Below the pieces are notes generated by a model, which saw only the letters and a list, made by a program, of their open reading frames with translations, made no database searches and was not told the DNA's origin. The position numbers and the translations under genes were made by a program. From Balanoglossus misakiensis (Eukaryota > Animalia > Hemichordata), in the NCBI GenBank assembly GCA_040954595.2, contig CM082590.2:5890001-5954000 (forward strand): DNA of 64,000 nucleotides. Direction: 5' to 3'. Shown here piece by piece: positions 48,718 through 62,658 of this stretch; position 1 is the stretch's first letter, and each line of letters starts with the position of its first letter.

Positions 48718-51700
48718 CTAATCTGAGAGTTCATCTTCTCTCTGCGAGATCTCAATGACGGCGTTGACGTACTCCATAACCACTCGGTCCAACCACGGCA
48801 ACGAATTGGGCAGCACGACGCCGCCCTCGAAAAATCCAAGATGGCCGCCGTGCTTGGTGACGGCAAAGATTGCGTTGTCGACAGTCTCCACATGTTTCAT
48901 GGGGAACTTGAAGACAGCCGGTGTTATGAGGGGATCGTCCTCGGCATTCAGGATCAGAACTGGAATCTGAACCTGAAAACAAGTTGAGAATGAGTCAAGT
49001 TCAATGTTGGCACGGTCATGAGATTCAAATTTCCTCTCCTATACTCAAAACACAGCAATCCAAAAAAACAGACAAACAAGCAAACAAACACTTTACAAAT
49101 AAACAAGCAAACAAACAAACAAACACTGTGCCAGTGTTCTCCCCAGAGCAATTAAAGCATAGTGGCCACTACTTAATTTTTAGAAGACAATAGAACTTAA
49201 TTAACATGACAATTGTTTACATTGTTAAGGATATAAGCAGTTCAGAAATTCCTGGGGAGAACACTGCTGTGCAAACAAAATAGAACAAAGAAACAAAAAA
49301 AAAACAAGCAAAGGAATACACAAACAAAAACAAACAAACAGAATAATATAAGAAACACACAAACAAGCAAAGTAATTTATTCCAACTTACATTTGGCATA
49401 TACACACTTGAACTAGAAGAAAGCAGAAATTCTTCCAAAGAGCTGAATCCAGCCATTTTCCTGAAAAAATAATGTTGGATGATATTTCGATGATATTGCC
49501 ATATTCTTAAAGGACTACTCTGAGAATCTCTATATTAAGAATATTTATGCTTGTACATATCTTGATTCACTACAGTGCAGACACTGGAGGAACATTTTAT
49601 ACTAATTATTGTACTTATTAACTTTGTGTGTATCTGTGACATGTTTTCTTTATATTTTAATTTTTTTTTCTATGGGCCTGGAGCCTGATTCAAATAAATA
49701 AATAAATAAAAATAAATAAATAAAATAAAGGGGCAATGTCATCTGGACAGCTGCATACGGTGCCCCCATGAGTATGAATATTAATGAGCAGAGGTCGCGT
49801 TTACGCAAAAAGTATGCGTATTAACTATTTGACGCAAAAAATCCTCACTTGACGCAGATATCTTAATCAGTGCGTCAATATTGACGCATAGGAACGGCCG
49901 CTCTATATGCACAATGGTCAACGGAAACCATATGCGTGATACAGCATACCGCTGACTATCCCCCTGGGATCAAAATAATCACTTGTGCGCGCAAACTTTG
50001 TACTTAAAATGTAACAACCACTAGTGCGCCCAACCTTTTGTACTCAAAATGTAGCTAATTTTGACTAATGAATATTGAACTAGACATGTCTAGGACGCAG
50101 GCTGAAAGGAGTTTGACGCATTTTTTTTATGAATGCATCAAAAAGACGCACTCAAAAAAATGTTACCGCGACCTCTGATGAGTAGCTGATAAGACAAGTT
50201 AACTTGGGCAGAACCCTGATACAATACTTCGTGAAATGCTAAATACACATTAGAGTAATGATTTGGTATGACTAGAATCCTGGCTCCCAGACGTATTAGA
50301 CTGCAAAGTGCGTGTTAATCAGTAGGGCCTATACAAGACCCTAAACCCTAACGCTGCCAAGATTGATTTGAACTGGTTTGATTTCCAGGGTGCCTAGAAT
50401 CCTGGCTCCCAGGCCTGTTAGACTGCCAAGTGTGTGTTAATCAGTAGGGCCTATACAAGACCCTAAGACCATTACAGTGCAAACCAGTGCGATTTGGTAC
50501 ATTTTGCAGGGGGCTCAGACTGCCATGTGTGTCTCAGTACGTATGAGAGCCATGTCAAGACAGTCAAAATACGTTTTAAAAGAAAAAAAGGGCAAATGCG
50601 TATTTTAAGGGACTTTACTCTAAACAAGGTTAAGGTTAAATTAAGGTTAATGAATATAAATGAGCATGAATATTAAAGGGATAAAGTCTCTCTCTCGCTG
50701 GCCTTTTCCCATTAATTATGTTTGATACAAGACACTGTTTATGTTAATGTACATGTGGATATATAGTGAATCAACGTTCAACCACACAAAACTTCCTTCC
50801 CACTTGTATGATATGAGAGTAAAAACTCGCCCAAAATGAATAAATGGTAAAGAACGATTATTCATTTTGGCGAGTTTTTTCACTCTCCTGTCTATAAGAG
50901 GGATGGAAGTTGTGTGTGGTTGAACGTTCATTCACTATATATCCACATGTAGAATAACAAATGTTGTCTGGTATCAAATATAATTAATGGAAAAAAAGGC
51001 AGCGAGAGAGAGACTTTGTCCCTTTAAGGTTAATGAATATAAATGAGCATGAATATTAATGAATAGCTGGTTCTCAAGTCAACCTGAGTAGAACCGTGAT
51101 ACACATACCTGGTGAAGTGCTCATCAATGTGAACTAAACTCGTAGCTTCGAACACTTTATCCAAATCGTAGTCTGGTGGTCTCCTTCCTTCTCTCTGGAA
51201 GTAGGCCTTAGCCCCGGCTCCAAACAGCATATCTCGGTTGCGTTTGATCACCGACTTCTGATTTTCTGTCATTAGAAAGTTGTAGATTCTTCTCAGTCTC
51301 TCCCATTGGTGCATGGCGTCTATGCCACTGTGGATAAAATCGTATCAGAATATACTGTAAGGCCAAAGAAAAAACACTTGCTTCCTTCCCACTTGTATGA
51401 CATGAGAGTAAAAACTCGCCCAAAATGAATAAATGGTAAAGAACGATTATTCATTTTGGCGAGTTTTTTCACTCTCCTGTCTATAAGAGGGATGGAAGTT
51501 GTGTGTGGTTGAACGTTCATTCACTATATATCCACATGTAGAATAACAAACGGTGTCTTGTATCAAATATAATTAATGGAAAAAGGGGCAGCGAGAGAGA
51601 GACTTTGTCCCTTTAATGGAAAAAGGGGCAGCGAGAGAGAGAGACTTTGTCACTTTAATGGAAAAAGGGGCAGCGAGAGAGAGAGACTTTGTCCCTTTAA

Positions 51701-54700
51701 TGGAAAAAGGGGCAGCGAGAGAGAGACTTTGTCCCTTTAAAGGAAAAAGGGACAGCGAGAGAGAGACTTTGTCCCTTTAATGGAAAAAGGGGCAGCGAGA
51801 GAGAGACTTTGTCCCTTTAATGGAAAAAGGGGCAGCGAGAGAGAGACTTTGTCCCTTTAATGGAAAAAGGGGCAGCGAGAGAGAGACTTTGTCCCTTTAC
51901 TGGAAAAAGGGGCAGCGAGAGAGAGACTTTGTCCCTTTAATGGAAAAAGGGGCAGCGAGAGAGAGACTTTGTCCCTTTAATGGAAAAAGGGGCAGCGAGA
52001 GAGAGAGACTTTGTCCCTTTAATGGAAAAAGGGGCAGCGAGAGAGAGACTTTGTCCCTTTAATGGAAAAAGGGGCAGCGAGAGAGAGAGAGACTTTGTCC
52101 CTTTAATGGAAAAAGGGGCAGCGAGAGAGAGACTTTGTCCCTTTAAAGGAAAAAGGGACAGCGAGAGAGAGACTTTGTCCCTTTAATGGAAAAAGGGGCA
52201 GCGAGAGAGAGACTTTGTCCCTTTAATGGAAAAAGGGGCAGCGAGAGAGAGACTTTGTCCCTTTAATGGAAAAAGGGGCAGCGAGAGAGAGACTTTGTCC
52301 CTTTACTGGAAAAAGGGGCAGCGAGAGAGAGACTTTGTCCCTTTAATGGAAAAAGTGGCAGCGAGAGAGAGACTTTGTCCCTTTAATGGAAAAAGGGGCA
52401 GCGAGAGAGAGAGACTTTGTCCCTTTAATGGAAAAAGGGGCAGCGAGAGAGAGACTTTGTCCCTTTAATGGAAAAAGGGGCAGCGAGAGAGAGAGACTTT
52501 GTCCCTTTAATGGAAAAAGGGGCAGCGAGAGAGAGACTTTGTCCCTTTAAAGGAAAAAGGGACAGCGAGAGAGAGACTTTGTCCCTTTAATGGAAAAAGG
52601 GGCAGCGAGAGAGAGACTTTGTCCCTTTAATGGAAAAAGGGGCAGCGAGAGAGAGACTTTGTCCCTTTAAGGATAGCCCAACTGACTCACCATGGGAGAT
52701 CATAGCCCTGACAGAGGGACACACCACAGACAAACTTCTGCTGCCTGGCCGTATCTTCTCCAAGATACTTCAGCACAATATTTCCTCCCATACTGAAGCC
52801 GACCGCGACAAAATGAGTTCCTGGATACTTTTCCTCAAAGTACGTTACCATGGCGCTATACTCCTCAGTATCACCTGTCAATCAATGAGATGTAAATTTT
52901 ATGTAAATTACTATGCTAGATCCCGACTCTATCATGATATTTTTCCTAGGAAGAACGCTGGTATTGCTTTAAAGGGACAAAGTCTCTCTCTCGCTGCCCC
53001 TTTTTCCATTAATTATGTTTGATACAAGACACCGTTTATGTTATTCTACATGTGGATATATAGTGAATCAATGTTCAACCACACACAACTTCCATCCCGT
53101 TTGTACGATATGAGAGTTAATATCTCGCCAAAATGAATAAATGGTAGAGACTGATTATTCATTTTGGCGAGTTGTGTGTGGTTGAACATTGATTCACTAT
53201 ATATCCACATGTAGAATAACATAAATAGTGTCTTGTATCAAACATAATTAATGGAAAAAGGGCAGCGAGAGAGAGACTTTGTCCTGGGAGGTGTGTGTGG
53301 TCGAACGTTGATTCACTATATATCCACATGTAGAATAACAGAAACAGTGTCTTGTATCAAACATAATTAATGTAAAAAGGGCAGCGAGAGAGAGACTTTG
53401 TCCCTTTAAATCACCATGCCCATTTTTCTATCACAACATAAAACAATCTAACATCAGAACAAAAACATTACACAACTGAATTATATTGATTTGTGACATA
53501 TCTTCACATTCTCATGATAGAATGATTTTTTTTTTCTAAAGCGCGTAAATAATTGACATTTTTGTCATACTGTTTTTATCTTAGACTTGTGACTTACCAT
53601 AGGTAAATATTCTTGGCGAAGTTAGGGGGACACTCTTCAAAGCCCCAAGATGATTCAGAACCCCTACTCGGTATCCATGGCTACAAGCATAGTTGACAAA
53701 AGTCCGGATGTATTTACTTTCACTGGAGTTGGCAATTCCAGGTGCAATGCATATTGTGAAATCGCCTGTAAAAAAATGTGATAAGGCCAGAGAGAATAAA
53801 AATCTTGTTCATCGGATTTTTTGGACCAAGTTCAAGGAGCGGCGAGCGAATATTTTTTTTTTTAGGCTGAAGGTAAATGCGGTTCTGCAGTGTTCGAAAT
53901 TTGTAGAAAATGTCAACCAGTCACCAGGACTGGCAACTTCAAAAAGTTGCCAGTCCTGCCAAAAACTTACCAGTCCTGATATTATGCATTACAATTGTAA
54001 TCAAATGTAATCAAATACAACTGAGAAGCTATTACCTTTTCTGTGAACAATTGAAGATGGGATGGAATCATCTTTCTCTTTACATAATACTTTGATTGAA
54101 TAATTTTCAAGCTTTTACATCATTGTTTCTTTTATTTGCAATACATGAACTGGGGAAAGTCTAAGAGATACCATGATACCACTGGTTAACTCCCACGCTA
54201 AATTCAACCTGTCTGTCGGACTGGTAACATTTTATTTTTACCAGTCCTACAGAAAAACAACCAGTCTCGGACTGTCGGACAGGCTTTATTTCGTACTCTG
54301 GGTTCTGTGGCATATTTGCACAGATGCAGACAAGGCGAGAAAATTGTTTCCCTTTTTACCAGAAATATCTCAGACAAAAACACTGATACATGTACTTGTA
54401 ACTGAATTCAACACTATATTTCCCAACAATAACATAGGCCATTACATTTACAGTTGGTGTTTGCACAACATATTTTGGCCACCAGCGCCAGTACTAAGAA
54501 TTTTGTAACGCGGAAGTAGAATTTGCCGAGATCAAAAAAAAAAAAAATCCAAATCAGCCAAAGTAGAAGCGGCGATTCCGATGAAAAATTTATTTTTTCT
54601 TCCTGGCCTAAATAATACACACTTTTCATGAGTCTAGCGCCCTCACACAACCATCATGGATTTGAACTCAAAGCGAGGCCAATGAGGAAAGGTAACCAAT

Positions 54701-57700
54701 CACATCAAGAGGAATTTCCCCATTGGCCTTCGCTTTCATTTCAAATTCATAACTGTGTGAGGGCGCTAGAAAAGGGTGTATCATGTCAGAGGTTCCGTTA
54801 GATTTTTTTTCTATGTGTACTTCAATACGCATTCAGAATTAACTTTGCGTAAAATGTATCAAAATTGCATAGGAAGTTGAAAGCCTGTAACAGAACACCA
54901 CCGTACAATGTTGCAAAGTTTAATCTGTCATGTTGCCTGAGTGAAAATTGCAACATTTCTGTGCGTAAATGTTGCAAATTTACGTGCGCGTCTGCGTTAT
55001 TTTTAGCTTGTAAACCTTGCCTAATACAATTTCCTTATCTCTAGTGGCTAGAGTCAATGCGTCCTGGTGTAGGCGTCCATCATTGTCTGTGCGTAATTAT
55101 GGTCAGAAAGGCGTAAAGTACGCAGGATTTTGCATTACCGGAACCACTGTCATGTAAAATATTAATACTATCATAGTGAAGTTTCCAAGACAACCAATAA
55201 CAGAACACATATACTGTAAAACGGGTTATTTTCGCGACAGGAAATTTTCGCGATATCGAAAGAGTCAACTGTTACGCGAGGATTTATATTCGTGTTCTCG
55301 TATTTCACTAACTGCATCGTTATCTCCGAAAAACATTTTATGCGACTTTTTATACACAAAAATTTATTGCTCGCGAAAATAACCTGTTTTATAATATACC
55401 TCATGCTAATACTGTGTCGTGATTCGCCAGAATCCGTCACGTGATAGGAAAATAGAATCGACTATGAATCCCGAGGGAAATAGAAAAAATATAAACCGGT
55501 CACGTGACCAACGTATCGGGGTTTATTATAAAACACCTATGGCCTGGCCTAAATTCGGGCTATAGCAGCCATTTTTACCCCTCGTGGCTGTGAGCTAGTT
55601 ACCAGAATCATATGCTATTTCCCTCCTCCAACAGCCTCGGGAAATAGCATATGATTCTGGTAACTCACAGCCCCTTGGGGGTAATCAACGGCTGCTATGG
55701 CCCTCATGGCCAGGCAATAGGTGTTCATTAAATTATTATACATCTTAGCATGCACTAAAAAAGGTGAACGGAACGGTACGTATGGAACGCGTGTTAAATA
55801 CGGAGATGTAAGATGTATAATAATAAGGTTATTACGAAAATACCGCAAAGTATGCACTCGGACATTAGCGCTAATGTCCTCGTGTATACTTTGCGGTATT
55901 TTCGTAATAACCTCATAGTATCACCTTGTGTTGGGTGAGGCTCGGTCGGTTGAAAGACATCAAATGTACACGTGGCGCCGTCAGACATCAGAACGCTGCG
56001 ACGATACCCTTTGAGGAAAGGTGGCTGTACACGTCCAAGTTTAGCGTACACAAAGGTTTGGAAGTGACCACTCTTCCCCCACAGATATGTCGGTGTGTAT
56101 CTGAAATGGACAGAGCGAGCATCAATTTAGCAGTGTTTGCATCTCCAGGATGGCATCAACAGGGGGGATATATATGTCCCCCTTTGCCAGAATTTTTGAA
56201 TGTATTATCTCTAACATGTGAGTGACATCATTTAAGGGGGAACTGCCCCCCCCCCCCCACCCCCCCCCCCCCCACCCCTTTGATAAATTGCTTGGGGGTG
56301 CCAACATGTCAATAGGGGTGAATAGCCCTGGGCCTGTGTAGATGAAACACTGATAGCAATAAATATTCCTCATTTAAAATGATTGATACATTCACATGTA
56401 TACCGTACATGCGAAGACTGACACTGATAGTTTTCATTTGGTAACTGGTTAAATTAAAGCCTCTAGAGCTGACACTGTTTGCATTATTTTCATGATTTTA
56501 TTTTCCAACATGAATTTGTCCATCTAAATAAGCATACTGATAGTACCGTATATATGAACACCTGGTCAATGCCCGATTGTGGCTGCAGGGTTTTACATGA
56601 CGCGCATTTCTGCGTCCTTTACGCACAAAACTGGGCGTAGGACCCGTCAAAAACTAAACCATGCGTCCCTTGGGACGCATGAAATATGTCTATTGTTGAG
56701 ACCCTTGTTGCACGTTTCCTGATATCTAATGGGTGTACGCGTACACAGAGAGTCAATTAAACAGTTAATGACCTTATGACCTGTAATCGATACTGATAAC
56801 AGTTTCATAGCAAACTTGTAGCAAACTTGGTTTATTAATGAATTTGATACAGTTTACGTACACGCAGTCACCCTCTTGGGAATTATAAGTTACACTACGA
56901 TATCACGCCTATATCGCACTTTGCTGTGCAAGCAGTGAACTACCGAGACTCCTATTGCTCTGAAACCAACTCCGTCCATGAGTACCAGCAGTCTTAGTTT
57001 TGTTGAAAACCCTGAACTTAAACTTTAAATATAGATTCAGCTGCAAATTTCTCGAATAAGACTTTAAGAAGACCAAGTTGAGAGTACATGTACTGGTATT
57101 CTCCATATTATATGCTTTAGGTCAAAAGGTCACTCATAAGGTGATGTTCAAGATGGGACCCCTAGCCATACTACAGTTGATCTTGGAATTACTCCCTATA
57201 TCTTGTAGACAATATCATTTTATGATTTGGATTGGTATTGATTCTTACAACCGTTGCCCATTCACAGAAGGATTTTCTAATTTCCAGCATTGATAAAATG
57301 ATAAAATATTCTGGTGAAATAAATTGGGACCCCCATGGTTTGATGTAGGACCCCCATTTTTCAACACTAGGAGTCCCAGGGACTCCCAAAAGTAAAAAGC
57401 GATGTAAAACCCTGTGGCTGTATGTTGCAATTTGAACACTATGCCAACCTGAGCCAAAATCTGGACTTAGGTATTGGGAATGGGTACATAAAAGTCACGC
57501 CGGACACAGGTGTAATGCATTTGCTTAAGGATGTACGCGCAGAACATAAACCGGAAACAGTGCGCGCCTGGTCTTTTTCCCATAGGATTACCTTGAAAAT
57601 TGCTAGAAAACAAACTTCTACTATTGTCATTTTCACAAAATTTTACACATAGCTCAGTCCAGCAAATATAAATTCATTGGTCAAATAAAATATAGGGGTC

Positions 57701-58919
57701 ACCGCGCTCTATTTTGAGATAAATTGCGTTAAAAATTTTGCCCATAGACAAACCATTGGTGAAAAATGCCGAGTCAGCAGTTTTCTTCTATTATCGACTA
57801 AATTCATGGCTCTGTATTTCAAAAACAAGCGCGGTGACCCCTATATTTTATGACAGATTTTCATTATACAAACAAAAGAGAATTCAAAAATCCTTAAATC
57901 AGGATTTAAAATACATCCCATAGAACAGCTGAAAATGTAGTCAGCATAACGGCAATGACAGAAAAGACAGCAACAAAACAACCAAAAACAACACAAGACA
58001 ACAAGACACACAGACAAAAACAACAGTAATAAAAAATATACAGAACAATGATAAAAAGTCAATCAAAAGCAGTATGTCCATTTGCCAGGGGTTTGTCACC
58101 AAGGCAGAGTACCAGCCAACTGGGGGTGAATCCTCCTGGGCCTGTCTAGATAAAACACTGATTTAGCATTGTAATGCATTTGCTTACAACATGCATTTCA
58201 ATGTGGATTTGCAGGGGTGACCGACGCCCTCAGAAAATGATCATGTCAATCTTGGTATTAAAAATACACACAAATAATTGATAAAATATTGCAAATGTCA
58301 GATTGAAATCCCCCTAGATAATTCTGGCTCGGGGGGAGGGGGGGGGGGGCAATTCCCCCTGTTTTGATGCAGCATGCAATCCTAGATGGAACACTGAAGG
58401 CTTGCTAAACTACAGATGCACTATCTTTGTTTCACAGGGCGTTGAATGGAATGAGTACATTTGCATTTCCAAAGTTGCTAATAATGAGTAATATCATTTA
58501 TTATGATAATTATTATTTTGTTAATCCAAAGGATTGGCTTTTCCTCCACTAATGAGGCTTTGTTGCCATTGCCAAGGTCAAAGCCAAAGGTCATTTGAAT
58601 CTCGCCGAAATATGAAATGATTTGACATGGGCGTGCGCGTGCCTGGAGCCAGTTTGAAAAAAAAACTGATGATGACGATGATGATGAAAATCTTAATTAA
58701 ATGTGATGCAATATATATTACTCACACGTCCAATATTGTCGGGCACATCTTCAGAATTTCCCTGACCAATTTCGAATCCTTGTGAAAGAGCCTGGGTTTC
58801 TCCGCGTTGCTGTTGGAATGCAAGATTCGCACCAGAACGTAGATGACGACGAGGACGACGACATAAAACATGGCGTCTGCCATCGTGTACAAGGCTAAGT
58901 ACTCGCCGCCCGGTAACAT
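48718..58919 (-). CDS. ABHD2: Monoacylglycerol lipase ABHD2-like alpha/beta hydrolase, 7 coding exons, ~421 aa
   Basis: Exons 58919-58726, 56100-55925, 53765-53598, 52874-52691, 51327-51109, 49460-49391, 48972-48718 (1266 nt, GT-AG, phases consistent). N-terminal hydrophobic anchor (FYVVVLVVIYVLVRIL), LWGKSGHFQT, PGIANSSESKYIRTFV, LNHLGA, TSPRIFTYG, nucleophile GFSMGG, NAEDDP (Asp), HGGHLGFFEG (His). Confidence 0.93.
50673..51027. mobile_element. MITE family A flanked by a 36-bp direct repeat
   Basis: ttaaggttaatgaatataaatgagcatgaatattaa at 50641-50676 and 51024-51059. Confidence 0.85.
51573..52670. repeat. ~27 x 40-44 bp tandem array made from the terminal segment of MITE family A
   Basis: Unit ttaatggaaaaaggggcagcgagagagagactttgtccct, contiguous with a partial MITE at ~51380-51616. 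Confidence 0.95.
52969..53409. mobile_element. MITE family A with a 119-bp arm duplication
   Basis: TTAA-flanked; internal junction gtcctgggaggtgtgtgtgg. Confidence 0.8.
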
Positions 58920-59222
58920 CGACAGAGAGACCGCCACAATGTCGATGAAAAGTGTCAGTCTACGGATAAACCTCGCGCTGGTGACCCAAACTGGTCAACG
59001 GATATACCCACCGAGGATTTCACAATCTAACCAGCTGATCGCCCCAATTGCGCAACTCTCGACGATAGCTGTCAACGACCTTGTCATCACACACACACAC
59101 ACACATCAGCTGATGCAACGAGTTCAAAGGTCACCTAGGTACAATGACCTCATTGCACGCTACCAGGGGCCTGGTGTATGTACAGCACTGCGTCATTTCA
59201 ATGATGCATGTGTTTTATTGCG

Positions 59223-59385
59223 TGAATGAATGAATGAATGAATGAATGAATGAATGAATGAATGAATGAATGAATGAATGAATGAATGAATGAATGAAGG
59301 AAGGAAGGAAGGAAGGAAGGAAGGAAGGAAGGAAGGAATGAAGGAACGAACGAACAAAAAAACAAACAAATAAATAAATAATTAT

Positions 59386-59429
<44 letters not shown>

Positions 59430-59434
59430 TCAAA

Positions 59435-59477
<43 letters not shown>

Positions 59478-59489
59478 GTAAATAAATAA
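59223..59489. repeat. Compound (GAAT)n(GGAA)n(CAAT)n(AAAT)n microsatellite
   Basis: Directly visible. Confidence 0.97.
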
Positions 59490-60339
59490 CCTAGCTTTTC
59501 CTTGCCTACAAAAATTCGTGCATGTTCTGGAAAGTGTATAGACTAGTGCAAAAGAAATGTCTCTTTCAGAAAAATGATACATGCGATCAGTTTTAAATGA
59601 ATTTTTGAGGGCTGTGGCTTGGCACCTTTGTTTGATTGCAATAAATACTTCAATAAGTTGAAATCAAAGGTAAACGGTCACCTCTCCTATTTACGCGTCC
59701 ATCAAAGGCAAAAATTCTTCGCTATCAAATGACGTCAGACGCGCTCAGGCGGCAGTTACGTTCGCATTCAAATTTCCAGATGACGGGCAACTTCAGCAAC
59801 GTGGACTTACGTGGTGCAGACAAAGACTGTGCAGACGAAATGCAATGAGGCTGATGAGGCAACATACCCGATACATGTTATGTGTTTGGCGGTTCTAAAG
59901 TAAAAACATACTCGGAAAAACTTTTACTGGATGCCGAAATATTGCTTGCCTGGAAATGACTGCGCCATGGGGAACATTGCCAGATCACGTGATTGATAGT
60001 AAAGAATAGTGTATCTAAAAAGAACAAATAATGCATGGCGCTCTTTTTTTCGCGTGTGTGCCACCCCCTGAAAATCTGTGATAGGGTAGATCTCAATTTG
60101 CCATGGTAACCGTAGTTAAATTTGCATAGGTGATAGAATACCTTTAAGTTAAGTGCCCTACATTTGCATAGCGCCCGCGCAATCCAAAGTGATACGGACT
60201 AAATGAAAAAAATGGACGAGATACAGTGCATAAAGGGCTTTTTCAGAGGGAAAAGAAATGGTACATGCGGTTTGACATTCGTGGCGTCTGCCCAATTTGT
60301 TCAGCCTGGGTTAGTTTCCTGACCCAAATCGGTGTACGT

Positions 60340-60685
<346 letters not shown>

Positions 60686-61021
60686 TCTTCTCGTGGTTTT
60701 CACGGAGGCGTACAACTTCTCGCCTACGGCTCGAAGTTGCACGGCTCTCCGAAAACCACTCGTATACGATGACCCACTCGTATACGATGACGTCAAACAA
60801 AGAAAAATATCATGGGATTATACACCTTTGCAACTGGACCATCAGTCGAAATCTGTATTTTTTCTCACTCTATCTGCAGGGATGTTGCCGAAAACTTTTG
60901 AACCGTTTTGATGGACCTCAGATTAAACACCCAATACCTGTCGTTTTTGTAATAGTTTCATAATTTTCATTTCCAAATTAGATTGGTAAAACGAAATAAA
61001 GTTACGGTATACATACATGAA

Positions 61022-61355
61022 CACCAGGTTCACACACGAAAAAAATTGAGACACTATTTGCCTGTGCTAAACACAGAGCATTAATCCTTTGAGTCGCGTT
61101 GTGTCCGTCCACACACACACACAGTTTATACAGGCACTGAGGGTCTGTCCCATAGACAATGGGTTGCGGAGGTGTTAATCCTTACACTGGCTTAGGTCTG
61201 ACCGGCAAAGCCGTCTCAAATCTGAAACGTTTCAGGACCACTATACATTGTACACCGTCCACACTTTAAGACGGTATCTGGTCCGAGACGCTTCAGAACC
61301 GTCTTAATTGTGTATTTGTGACCCCATAAAAATTTATCCTGTGTGAACCTGGTAT
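61022..61355. mobile_element. MITE with ACCAGGTTCACAC TIR; also ~5571-6065 (internal duplication) and 21205-21512
   Basis: accaggttcacac...gtgtgaacctggt; shared body. Confidence 0.7.
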
Positions 61356-61789
61356 AAATTCTCCAAATATTGCATTTATGCCAGGACACTATCAAAATGT
61401 CAATTAAAAAGGTGTCAATTTATTTTCCCATCAGATAAAAGCAATTAAAATTAATAATGTACACACAATGGGAGGTTTATAATCCATGTAACTATTTCTT
61501 TATAATCAAAATGAACTATAAATACTTCATATTATATTGTTTTTTTTAAAATATAATTTACATATTTATTATCATTTATCTCTAATGAATGAATGAATGA
61601 TGAGTTATATAACTATGGAATAAATGACAAAGGCCTTGAGATACGATACAGTGTTAACTGCACGATGTATACCAATCTGATTAAAATCAGATGTAGAGTA
61701 CGGCGACATCTTTTACTTCGCGGTACGACATGTACGGTATTCTTATGCTGTCGCCTCACACCACATTTGATCAACTCCCACAGAAGCTC

Positions 61790-61960
61790 CCGTTGAAATA
61801 TCGGGCTTGTAAAGTAAAAGCCGTCACACTAAACGTTTTAGAGCTTTGTAACCCGGAAGTAAAAATAATGATGTCAAATTATACAACATTTATGAAAATT
61901 GCGCGAAATATGACGAAATCGCGCGCATCACGCAAGAACTATGACGTCATTCTTCTACAC
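61790..61960. promoter_or_regulatory. CpG-rich candidate promoter upstream of ABHD2
   Basis: CCGGAAGT (ETS-like) at ~61853, GCGCGAAA (E2F-like) at ~61901, TGACGTCA (CRE) at ~61942. The ABHD2 ATG exon has an upstream acceptor (~58960), implying a non-coding first exon further right. Confidence 0.3.
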
Positions 61961-62151
61961 TACGGTGTCAAGAGAAATAAAAAAAAAAAATTGCAAAATA
62001 AAAAAATTCCCAACCTACCTACCCTATGCATGTAATCGGAACAGCACATATTTCTTGGGGCATTATGCCAAAGTTTATTTATAGTATCACGTAGGCCTAC
62101 CCATCGACTCAACGTTCGTACCTGCTGGTTTTTTTTTTTCAAATGTTTTAT

Positions 62152-62658
62152 TAGCTCTGCGTACAGGTCTGTGTGTTCCCGGCGTTACACGGCCTCCACC
62201 ACAGCCCTGCAAGGCGCCATAGAAAAAACTGGTGCTTCTGCGGTCCGGATCCGGACCGCAGCTTTTTCGGCCGAAATTCGATTTTATCGAAGCAAAATCC
62301 TTTCCCTGTCTACTTCTGCCCCCTAACCGACTCCAAATATGATGCAATTAACTTGTCCTAACGTCCGAACCACTCGCGTTTGATTCATTTTTGTGTGTTT
62401 ACATGTTGAGATCGCCATATTAAATATAAGGCTTACAGCGAGTTTATCTCCATGGGTAAACAAAAAAGTTTTAGAAAGCGAGCGGTTCGGACGTTAGGAC
62501 AAGTTAATCGCATCATATTTGGAGTCGGTTAGGAGGCAGAAGTAGACAGGGAAAGGATTTTGCTTCGATAAAATCGAATTTCGGCCGAAAAAGCTGCGGT
62601 CCGGATCCGGACCGCAGAAGCACCACGCCGGGAACACACAGACCTGTACGCAGAGCTA
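62152..62658. mobile_element. Foldback element with ~200-bp near-perfect TIRs (TAGCTCTGCGTACAGG)
   Basis: 62152-62388 is the reverse complement of ~62477-62658, apart from a ~45-bp indel. Confidence 0.85.

Noticed and set aside
51573-52670. CRISPR-like array or MEKGAARERL ORFs
   Set aside because: Head-to-tail units with no unique spacers, no cas genes, eukaryotic intron; derived from a MITE end.
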